Assembly (NCBI GenBank): GCA_964408855.1
Contig: CAYPBB010000012.1
Location: 19,321-83,320 of the forward strand
Direction: 5' to 3'
Length of the DNA: 64,000 nucleotides
Source of the DNA: an uncultured Ectothiorhodospiraceae bacterium
GTDB lineage: Bacteria > Bacteroidota > Ignavibacteria > SZUA-365 > GCA-2699105
The notes below the pieces were generated by a model. It searched no databases and was not told the DNA's origin. It saw only the letters and a list, made by a program, of their open reading frames with translations. This document shows, one piece after another, positions 56,614-64,000 of this stretch (position 1 is its first letter; each line of letters opens with the position of its first letter). Both the position numbers and the translations under genes were made by a program.

Positions 56614-57384
56614 ATGCGGCACATGATAAACCCGCTTCGTGCGTTACTGACGCTGGCTGCGTGCATTGCGATCTCGACCGCTCTGCAAGCGCAGGTCGGT
56701 AAAAACCTCATTATCAACAACTTCCTCTCAGACCCCGAAAACGTTGAGACCCATTTCGTTATCAGCGACGTCGACGGTGTGGGACCCAATGTGAAGATTT
56801 CCATTTTCAGCGAAGACGGAAAACTTGTCTACGAGCGCTACGAAACGCTGAATGCCTACGGAAAGCTCAATTACAATCCGCTGACGCATCTCAACGCCTA
56901 CCAGCACGGGTACAATCAGAACCCGAAATTCCGCGGCACGGTACGTATCGAAAGCGACGGCGCGAATGTCATCGGTCAGTACTGGGAATTCTACAAGGCG
57001 AAGGAACAGACCTACAAGAATATCGCGGTGCCTGCAGCCGACGGCATCGGTTACGACAAGCTTATCTGCCAGCACTTCGTTTCCGATAAAGGAATCGAGT
57101 CGGCAATCGTGATCGCCAACGCCGAAGCAGTCCGTCCCGTGACATTGAACATCAAGTTCTACTCCGATCAGGGCGGTCTGGTTGCGAGCGAAAAAGCCAT
57201 TATTCAACCGAACGGCATTATCCGCCTCGACCCGTACAAGGTCACTCGCGGTATCGTCATGACGGGCACGGCATATATTACCGTTGTCGGCGCCGGTAAA
57301 GTAACGGGCGAATACTGGCAGGCATCCGAAAAAGAAAAATACCAGGTGGCGCTGCCGCTTGAAGGCGTAACGAAAGTGCGGTAG
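56614..57384 (+). CDS. Secreted hypothetical protein, tandem paralogue A
   Basis: It has a signal peptide (LLTLAACIAISTALQAQ). It shares conserved blocks with the next gene (NNFLSDPENVETHFVISDVDGVGP / KLNYNP / GEYWQASEKEKYQVALPLE). Confidence 0.55.
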   Translation: MRHMINPLRALLTLAACIAISTALQAQVGKNLIINNFLSDPENVETHFVISDVDGVGPNVKISIFSEDGKLVYERYETLNAYGKLNYNPLTHLNAYQHGYNQNPKFRGTVRIESDGANVIGQYWEFYKAKEQTYKNIAVPAADGIGYDKLICQHFVSDKGIESAIVIANAEAVRPVTLNIKFYSDQGGLVASEKAIIQPNGIIRLDPYKVTRGIVMTGTAYITVVGAGKVTGEYWQASEKEKYQVALPLEGVTKVR

Positions 57385-57388
57385 GAGA

Positions 57389-58174
57389 GTGGTCCGCCGC
57401 ATTTCCATAGCGCTTGGAATAAGCATCCTTCTATTGTGCATACACGGTAGCGTGTATGCACAATTTTTGGGTTTGCAGGGACAGATCCCGACGCTGCGCG
57501 TCGGCGATCAGCTTGTCGTGAATTATTTCGATTCCGATCCGGACAAGTATGAAACCCACCTTGTCATTACGGATGTGGAAGGCGCCGGACCTGTTGTGAA
57601 CGTCCTGGTGTACGACGCCGAGGGCACGCTTTTGGATCAGCAGTTCTATTTTCTGCCGATTTTCGGCAAGGTGAACTACAATCCCGCCGAGCATATCGGC
57701 AACAAGAAATTCCGAGGTTCGATACGTATCCTCTCGGACGGCGGAAACGTCGCCGCCCAATACTGGCAGTTTTACAGGGACGAGGACGAGAGCGCGTTCA
57801 ACACCGCCATTCCCGCATCCGATGCAGCCGGAAGTTCGGCGCTTCTGGTGCAGCATTTCGTCTCCGATCCAAACATCGACGCAAAGCTCATCTTCGTGAA
57901 TCCATCCGGCGACAGCGCAGCGACGGTTGCGGTAACGTTTTATCTCGATAGCGGCAAGCAACTGACGCGCGACAAACACCGAATCCCTCCAAACGGCTGC
58001 ATCGTTCTCAATCCATTCGAGGAAAACGAGGGACTGATCAAAACCGGTGTTGCGTACTGCGAAGTGCTTTCAGGACGTACCATTACCGGCGAGTACTGGC
58101 AGGCATCGGAACGCGAACGCTATCAGATTTCTCTTCCCATGGAAATTATTCCGGAACGCGGCAGAAACTGGTGA
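57389..58174 (+). CDS. Secreted hypothetical protein, tandem paralogue B
   Basis: It has a signal peptide. The homologous blocks read NYFDSDPDKYETHLVITDVEGAGP / KVNYNP / GEYWQASERERYQISLPME. Confidence 0.55.
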   Translation: MVRRISIALGISILLLCIHGSVYAQFLGLQGQIPTLRVGDQLVVNYFDSDPDKYETHLVITDVEGAGPVVNVLVYDAEGTLLDQQFYFLPIFGKVNYNPAEHIGNKKFRGSIRILSDGGNVAAQYWQFYRDEDESAFNTAIPASDAAGSSALLVQHFVSDPNIDAKLIFVNPSGDSAATVAVTFYLDSGKQLTRDKHRIPPNGCIVLNPFEENEGLIKTGVAYCEVLSGRTITGEYWQASERERYQISLPMEIIPERGRNW

Positions 58175-58309
58175 TATCATTCGATACGCATGTTCATCTG
58201 CTGTGTTCGTTCAGTAAATTGTTCTTATCTTTAAGAAAAGGGCATATTTCAAATACGCTCAACTTTACATAACATTTATTATGAGCAATCAACTGGACCA
58301 AGCAGATAG

Positions 58310-59080
58310 ATGAAAGTCTCGACCAAACAAAACTGGGAAACCTTCTGGGAGGAAAAATCCAACCTCGAAGAAGTCTACGCCAACAGCGACCGCATCAGAA
58401 AAAATCTGCTGCAACTCATGCCGCTTAACGGCAAGTATGTACTCGAAGTCGGCGCCGGAACCGGCAGAGACAGTTTTTACATGGCTCAGGACGGCGCGAA
58501 AATCGTTTGTCTCGACTACTCCATGAACTCGCTGAAAATAATCCGGAAAGCGCTGCCCGATCCGGAAATCATTTCTGCCGTCGGCGGCGATGCGTTCCGG
58601 CTTCCGTTCCCGGACGGTACATTCGACGTCGTTTTCCATCAGGGGCTTCTCGAGCATTTCCGTGAAACCGAAGCCTTGAATCTCCTCAAGGAAAACGTCC
58701 GCGTCCTCAAACAAGGAGGACTGATTATCGTGGATGTGCCGCAGCGCTGGCATATCTATACTATAATCAAGCATATCCTCATCGCGTTGAACTCGTGGTT
58801 CGCCGGTTGGGAACGCGAATTCTCTGAACGCGAAATCAGGCGCATCCTTGCCGGACTGGGTATGAAACACCGGCATTCCTATGGCGAGTGGATGTATCCG
58901 AGTCTCTTTTACCGGATGTTTCGCGAAGGGTTCCGAAAAATTGGGCTGAAATTACCCTTGTACCCTCGTATATTCCCACCGTTGAGCCGCCTGCGCTCAA
59001 AAGTCCGCGATGCTATGGACGGCACATCGGTGAAAATCAATACCGCGCTCTCCATCGGCATCATCGCAGAGAAACTTTAA
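58310..59080 (+). CDS. Class I SAM-dependent methyltransferase
   Basis: Motif I reads VLEVGAGTGRDSFYMAQDGAKIVCLDYS. Confidence 0.7.
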   Translation: MKVSTKQNWETFWEEKSNLEEVYANSDRIRKNLLQLMPLNGKYVLEVGAGTGRDSFYMAQDGAKIVCLDYSMNSLKIIRKALPDPEIISAVGGDAFRLPFPDGTFDVVFHQGLLEHFRETEALNLLKENVRVLKQGGLIIVDVPQRWHIYTIIKHILIALNSWFAGWEREFSEREIRRILAGLGMKHRHSYGEWMYPSLFYRMFREGFRKIGLKLPLYPRIFPPLSRLRSKVRDAMDGTSVKINTALSIGIIAEKL

Positions 59081-59098
59081 TAGGACGAGCTTTAGATA

Positions 59099-60247
59099 AT
59101 GCCGCGTAAACCATTGAAAATACTGGTCTTTAACTGGCAGGATGTCACAAATCCTCTCGCTGGAGGAGCCGAAGTACATCTCCATGAAGTATTCGAACGC
59201 ATCGCCTCGCGCGGTCACGAAGTAACGCTTTTCTGTCATTACTTCGAGGGCGCCGCCCGCGATGAAGTACGCAACGGAATTCGTATCATCCGTCATGGAG
59301 GACGGTCACTGTTCAATTTTCAGGTGCCGCTCTGGTACTGGAAGCGGTTCAAGAAGGAGGGGTACGATGTCATCATCGACGACGTGAACAAGATTCCCTT
59401 CTATACTCCCCTGTTCGTCGATAAACCGGTGCAGGGGGTCACGCACCACTTGTTCGGCAAGAGTATTTTTCTAGAGACGATCTTTCCCTTCGCCCTCTAT
59501 GTCCACCTTGCGGAAAAGCTGATCAAGCCAATCTACCGGCACGTGCATTTCATCATCGGGTCGCCGAGCACGCATAAGGAATACATCGAATGGGGGTTCC
59601 CGGCGGAGCTGGTATCGGTCGTCAATTACTGCGTCAATAAAACAGTGTATTATTCCGAGCCGGCCAATGCTTTCGATAAGAATCGGGTCGGCTATTTCGG
59701 CAGACTGAAGAAGTACAAGAGCGTGGATCATTTTATTCAGGCGTTCGCGATGATCAAGGATCAGTACCCGGCCTTGAAAATTGAGATCATCGGCGACGGC
59801 GACGACAAGCCCCGCCTTGAGGCCGAAGCCAAACAGTGCGGTGTGGAGGATCGGGTTGTTTTCCATGGCTTTATACCTGAAGAAGCGAAGGCTCCCCTGC
59901 TGCAAAAAATGAATTTCGTCGTCAACACCTCGTCCAAGGAAGGATGGGGACTGACCGTCGTCGAGGCGAATGCCTGCGGCGCGCCGGTCATTGCGGCGAA
60001 TGTCCAGGGCTTGCGCGACTCCGTCGTCGACGGGAAGACGGGCATGCTCTACGAATTTGCCAACGTCCACGAGCTTGCCTCGCGGATGCGCACGCTTCTC
60101 GATAATCCCGCGCGCCGGAACGAGCTTCGCGAAGGCGCCCTGAAATGGGCGGCGGGCTTCGACTGGGAAGTGGCGACGGACCAGACGCTGGACCTGATAT
60201 ACAAAACAATCGACCGGTGGAACGAGCGTAAAAACGGCGTCCGTTAG
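59099..60247 (+). CDS. Glycosyltransferase family 4
   Basis: The N-terminus reads GGAEVHLHEVFERIASRGHEVTLFCH. The C-terminal GT1 domain reads TSSKEGWGLTVVEANACGAPVIAANV. Confidence 0.75.
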   Translation: MPRKPLKILVFNWQDVTNPLAGGAEVHLHEVFERIASRGHEVTLFCHYFEGAARDEVRNGIRIIRHGGRSLFNFQVPLWYWKRFKKEGYDVIIDDVNKIPFYTPLFVDKPVQGVTHHLFGKSIFLETIFPFALYVHLAEKLIKPIYRHVHFIIGSPSTHKEYIEWGFPAELVSVVNYCVNKTVYYSEPANAFDKNRVGYFGRLKKYKSVDHFIQAFAMIKDQYPALKIEIIGDGDDKPRLEAEAKQCGVEDRVVFHGFIPEEAKAPLLQKMNFVVNTSSKEGWGLTVVEANACGAPVIAANVQGLRDSVVDGKTGMLYEFANVHELASRMRTLLDNPARRNELREGALKWAAGFDWEVATDQTLDLIYKTIDRWNERKNGVR

Positions 60248-60320
60248 CGGCGTTGTTTTCGCCGGTAATTCCCGTACATTTGAACCAAGCACATCATAAC
60301 TGATTACAGGGTTTTACATT

Positions 60321-60674
60321 ATGCGTTACGCACTTCTTCCTTTCTTCCTGTTGTTACTTGTTGCCGGATGCGCAACCGACCGCGAACTCCAAATGGATCC
60401 GGAAATAGATCTCACTTCCCTGCCCGCCGAGGCGCAAAGCTGGTTGTGCGATTTCGAAGATATCTGTATCTCCGTCGCAGATAACAAAAGCTTCAACGAA
60501 GCGAAGCAGCTCGAAGCCGATATTAATCGCGCAATCAATCTTCTTGCTGAGCTGGATACCGACAATCCGCATTCCTGGTACAGCATGCTCGATAAAACCC
60601 AGCGCGACCGCATGCAATCGCTCATCATCGGTATTGCCGTACATTACGGGATCAAAGGGCTGCTGAAGATATAG
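60321..60674 (+). CDS. Small lipoprotein
   Basis: It begins MRYALLPFFLLLLVAGCATD. Confidence 0.5.
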   Translation: MRYALLPFFLLLLVAGCATDRELQMDPEIDLTSLPAEAQSWLCDFEDICISVADNKSFNEAKQLEADINRAINLLAELDTDNPHSWYSMLDKTQRDRMQSLIIGIAVHYGIKGLLKI

Positions 60675-60818
60675 GGAAATCCTTCGCATACATTTCTGTC
60701 TAAGCCTACCTACATACTGGTAATTTTAATTACTTAGACTTTTGACTTGACAAACCTCGATTGTTGAGTTATATTCGCTTTGTAACAGCCATTACCGGAA
60801 TTCGTATTCTCTTATTCT

Positions 60819-61862
60819 TTGTTTATTTCAAACAGAGACAAGAAATACCGCCAAAGGCGCTGTCTCGATGATTTCGCGGGAGTGAATGATGTCGAGACAT
60901 TCCACACTCATTTTACGAAGGGTATCGATGTGACTGTACCTTGTAGCCAATCGCGCAGATATCAAGCGATCTTCGTTCTGGTTCTCGTAGTTATAATGTA
61001 TTGCAATATATCTGTCGAAGCACAAACAGTGACAAACGAGGTGACCGCCGAACTTCGGCTTCGAGGTATCGCAAAGAAGTACGGCGGGTTCATCTTCGAC
61101 GTCAAGGTGACCAACAACACCGACTTCCCTATTCGCCTGTACTACACCGGCACAGACGAAAACCTTGTTCTGACCGACAACAAAGGCGGACGCTGGGAAA
61201 CGGTATTGCCTGTGCGATCAATTGGGAGCCCGTACAAAATACTTGAACATCAGACGTTTTCGGATGCTTTTGAGGTAACAACACTTGGCGTGACGGATAC
61301 AGTAATTGACAACTACCGGTTTGGACCTGTTTTTGAGGCAGGAGAGTATACAGCAACATTTCCGCTATACTATCAATATGCAAACTCTTATAATCCAGCA
61401 ATAAGACTAGAAGTTGCGACTCGCTTCGCCGTACTCCCAGCAACAAAGGATGAAATTGACGCTGTGGATAGATTTAGGGTTCTAGTAGCCGCGGTCGAGC
61501 TACGATTCAACGGAATACCTGAGCAGGATAGCGAAAGGTTAAAGGACGAGTATTGGGAATTGAGATCTCATATTGAAATTTGCAAGGGAATGGCCGTTCA
61601 TCGAAGGTTTATGCAATCTGTTCTTACCGTAGTAATGAAAAATCACGAACAGCAACCAGAGGAAAGGAGGCGCTTATTACATGAGTATATCTTAATGTAT
61701 CCAGATGCTCCTTATGTTCGCCGTGCTGTCAATGAGCTTCAGAATATTGGTGTTGGCGAAGCGTTTCAAGACGAAATAAATTCAATACATCCTGAATCTC
61801 TTGCTGTTAGACTATTAAATAATACGGCAAGTGTTGGGTTCAACAATATTCAAAGGAGGTAG
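60819..61862 (+). CDS. Hypothetical secreted protein
   Basis: A probable signal peptide (AIFVLVLVVIMYCNISVEAQ) is present. The true start may be the in-frame GTG at 60930. GC content drops within the gene. Confidence 0.4.
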   Translation: MFISNRDKKYRQRRCLDDFAGVNDVETFHTHFTKGIDVTVPCSQSRRYQAIFVLVLVVIMYCNISVEAQTVTNEVTAELRLRGIAKKYGGFIFDVKVTNNTDFPIRLYYTGTDENLVLTDNKGGRWETVLPVRSIGSPYKILEHQTFSDAFEVTTLGVTDTVIDNYRFGPVFEAGEYTATFPLYYQYANSYNPAIRLEVATRFAVLPATKDEIDAVDRFRVLVAAVELRFNGIPEQDSERLKDEYWELRSHIEICKGMAVHRRFMQSVLTVVMKNHEQQPEERRRLLHEYILMYPDAPYVRRAVNELQNIGVGEAFQDEINSIHPESLAVRLLNNTASVGFNNIQRR

Positions 61863-61865
61863 ATC

Positions 61866-62672
61866 ATGAGCAACAAAATCACTTTTGTATTCGTAATTTT
61901 ATCAATACTCATCGCTTGCACAGAGAAACCGACTGAACCGGCGCAGCGTTATGCAACTAATATGCCGGGTGAATTATTCTTTGGTCCATATAACTCAGAT
62001 AATCCTTATGATTCGGTAGGAATACAGCACAATATATGCGTCAATTATGCATTAAGCTGTATGCAGTCCACGGATACCACAAAAGAACTATGTCTAGCAT
62101 CTATTCGTAGTGCGTTAATTAATTATGGAGTGAATCATACATCGTTAAGTCGATCGGCTCTTGAGGTAATTTACGATTCTTCATATGCACTTGTGATTAG
62201 AACACGCTATTCACAACCATCGGAACTGAATTCTGATCCTGGAATTTGGAACCCTTCGGAGCATGCATTTATTAGACGGCTTTCCGTTATACTGACATCC
62301 AGCCTCTCCTTTGATATTGTTCGAGATAGTATTGCAGTAGTAGAAGGAGAGATTTTATCATCATCTAATAGATCTCGGAGAATTTTGGAATTCGTTTCTA
62401 TCTTGAAGCATTCATGCTACTATTGGAATGCTTCTGCATCCGGATTATCCAAGCAGTCATTCTCCAAATATACGAACTGCCAAGAAGAATACATCTATCC
62501 TGATATAGTAAGAGTGGCCGATGATATTGGGTATAAATATGGCATTGAAATTGGAGATAACGATTTTTGTCTTGCAAAAGAACTTGCTTGTATGTCGTCG
62601 ACTGTTGCAGCCATTATGTATTATTCAGGTTCCGAGTATCCCATCCATATTACTGTATTCCTTGGATTATGA
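61866..62672 (+). CDS. Hypothetical lipoprotein encoded in an AT-rich region
   Basis: It begins MSNKITFVFVILSILIACTEKP, which is a lipobox. Several Cys are present. Confidence 0.45.
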   Translation: MSNKITFVFVILSILIACTEKPTEPAQRYATNMPGELFFGPYNSDNPYDSVGIQHNICVNYALSCMQSTDTTKELCLASIRSALINYGVNHTSLSRSALEVIYDSSYALVIRTRYSQPSELNSDPGIWNPSEHAFIRRLSVILTSSLSFDIVRDSIAVVEGEILSSSNRSRRILEFVSILKHSCYYWNASASGLSKQSFSKYTNCQEEYIYPDIVRVADDIGYKYGIEIGDNDFCLAKELACMSSTVAAIMYYSGSEYPIHITVFLGL

Positions 62673-62710
62673 TAACATTGCCTATTGCACACACTAACAA
62701 ACAACGAAAT

Positions 62711-63652
62711 ATGCATATGAAAACACTACTTAATCTCACAATGCTTGTGGCTTGTCTGTCGTCAATTACGATAGCGCAGCCCGGCTTAATTACTCGGCAC
62801 CCTTCCGAAGATTCATGCGAAGTAATAGAATCGATGCTCACTCTTCCAATACCCATCATTCGAAATGATATGAGTTGGGAAGTGGTGACAACCTATCTTG
62901 TTGCTGATACGGTATGCAAAGCACTAAATAAGATGCAAATCGATAGTCTTGTCAAACTACTATCAGACGATTCTCTGCTCGTAGCGATCCGAAGTTGCCT
63001 AAAATGCCAGGATTACGATTATCTTTTATATTACCATCAAACCATACAAACGATCCTCAACAAGCCAGACAATTACAAGGCCTCATTCTTCGATCTGGAG
63101 AAATCGCTTTTCGCGGAATGGGAAAATCGACATGGGCCTTTTAGCAAAATCACTAATATTCTTCGCAAGTGCATAATTATAAGGGCAAGAGTTACAAATG
63201 TTATTGAGAGAACTGATATCGGTTTTAGTGGAGATATACTCCCACCGTTTGATACCACTGTAACGCATACATTCTGTGCTGAATTGCAACTTGTGGATAT
63301 TATTTTTGGAAATCCACGCTACTACTTTATCCGCAATTCATCCGAAGACGGCGATCAACGCATGCAGTGTTCTTGGGGTACATTTGAGTCACTTCCAATA
63401 AATGGCGTTTTCGAACCACCTTTGACATCTTACGTACCCTTGCAAATTAACAGTGAGTATATATTTGTTATCTCAATGGGACCACTTCTTTTTCGCCAAC
63501 CAAATGTATGCAATATCACTCCATGGCGTATATACACATTCCCTATTGATAGCGATGAAATAGTATTTGATCCTGACAACACACTTGGTAATGGCACCGA
63601 AGGCGCCTACCAAGCATTTAAGTACCACATACAATCATTAATAGGCTTTTAG
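62711..63652 (+). CDS. Hypothetical secreted Cys-containing protein encoded in an AT-rich region
   Basis: The start is taken at MHMKTLLNLTMLVACLSSITIAQP, which gives a signal peptide. The upstream part of ORF 62567..63652 overlaps the previous gene. Confidence 0.45.
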   Translation: MHMKTLLNLTMLVACLSSITIAQPGLITRHPSEDSCEVIESMLTLPIPIIRNDMSWEVVTTYLVADTVCKALNKMQIDSLVKLLSDDSLLVAIRSCLKCQDYDYLLYYHQTIQTILNKPDNYKASFFDLEKSLFAEWENRHGPFSKITNILRKCIIIRARVTNVIERTDIGFSGDILPPFDTTVTHTFCAELQLVDIIFGNPRYYFIRNSSEDGDQRMQCSWGTFESLPINGVFEPPLTSYVPLQINSEYIFVISMGPLLFRQPNVCNITPWRIYTFPIDSDEIVFDPDNTLGNGTEGAYQAFKYHIQSLIGF

Positions 63653-63669
63653 ATAAGAAGGGTGTTATT

Positions 63670-64000
63670 ATGATACAGCATTTCATTTCCCATATAGCAT
63701 TACTTGTTTGCTTGACACAGATCTCTTTTACTCAATGCCTCCCTGAGTATAGTATATCATGCAAGCATGCACTTACAGGCGCCAATATCTGCATGCCTGT
63801 AAATGACAATTTAGATTATATAACAAAATGTCGATTGCCCATTAATATATGCGTTCAAGAAAGATACGAAGAAAAACCCCCACAAGCTACGCTTTTGTCC
63901 GCTCACATTTGCCCACATTCAGGATCCGATATTTTTGGAATGCTTAAACAGGCTACTGCATGGGCTGCAAACAGCTTGTGGATGATATGCAATAATGTGC
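63670..64000 (+). CDS. Hypothetical secreted Cys-rich protein, partial (runs off the window end)
   Basis: It begins MIQHFISHIALLVCLTQISFTQC, which is a signal peptide. There are 10 or more Cys in 110 aa. Confidence 0.4.
   Translation, partial: MIQHFISHIALLVCLTQISFTQCLPEYSISCKHALTGANICMPVNDNLDYITKCRLPINICVQERYEEKPPQATLLSAHICPHSGSDIFGMLKQATAWAANSLWMICNNV

Noticed and set aside
1-64000. Search for tRNA, rRNA, CRISPR arrays, transposases, integrases and phage structural genes
   Set aside because: No T-loop or acceptor-like conserved tRNA segments were seen. No spaced direct-repeat arrays were seen. No DDE transposase or tyrosine recombinase motifs were seen. The AT-rich islets have no flanking direct repeats visible by eye.

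Overview
This 64 kb window is densely coded chromosomal DNA with roughly 55-60% GC. The gene content suggests an FCB-group or Bacteroidota-like bacterium: TonB-dependent receptors paired with downstream lipoproteins, T9SS-type C-terminal sorting tails, ECF sigma/anti-sigma pairs, and a sigma-54 two-component system.

Features from left to right:
- A partial MscS channel.
- A hybrid PAS histidine kinase.
- Two tandem pairs of TonB-dependent receptor plus lipoprotein.
- An ECF sigma/anti-sigma pair divergent from an SppA protease.
- An envelope-stress operon (ECF sigma, anti-sigma, LTXXQ/Spy-like periplasmic protein).
- A PAS/GAF histidine kinase with an NtrC-type sigma-54 activator.
- metG.
- A small operon of a small protein, a zinc ribbon and a STAS protein.
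- A T9SS cargo protein.
- A single-gene AT-rich islet encoding a 1032-aa SIR2-STAND NTPase-TPR protein with a cold-shock-like C-terminus. This is the most notable locus and is a strong candidate for a horizontally acquired antiphage defence protein.
- A membrane-stress cluster: PspA, a YbjN-like protein with a histone-H1-like tail, and an NfeD/flotillin pair lying divergent from them.
- CHAD, EamA, outer-membrane, FemAB-like, lipoprotein and L,D-transpeptidase genes.
- A 2-hydroxyacyl-CoA dehydratase/activase-like gene pair.
- A roughly 12 kb surface-glycan cluster containing LmbE deacetylases, GT4 transferases, a flippase, acyltransferases, a methyltransferase and two tandem paralogous secreted proteins.
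- A second AT-rich islet of small secreted, Cys-rich proteins at the window end.

I found no rRNA, tRNA, CRISPR array or transposase. All domain calls come from reading motifs in the translated ORFs; no database searches were run.
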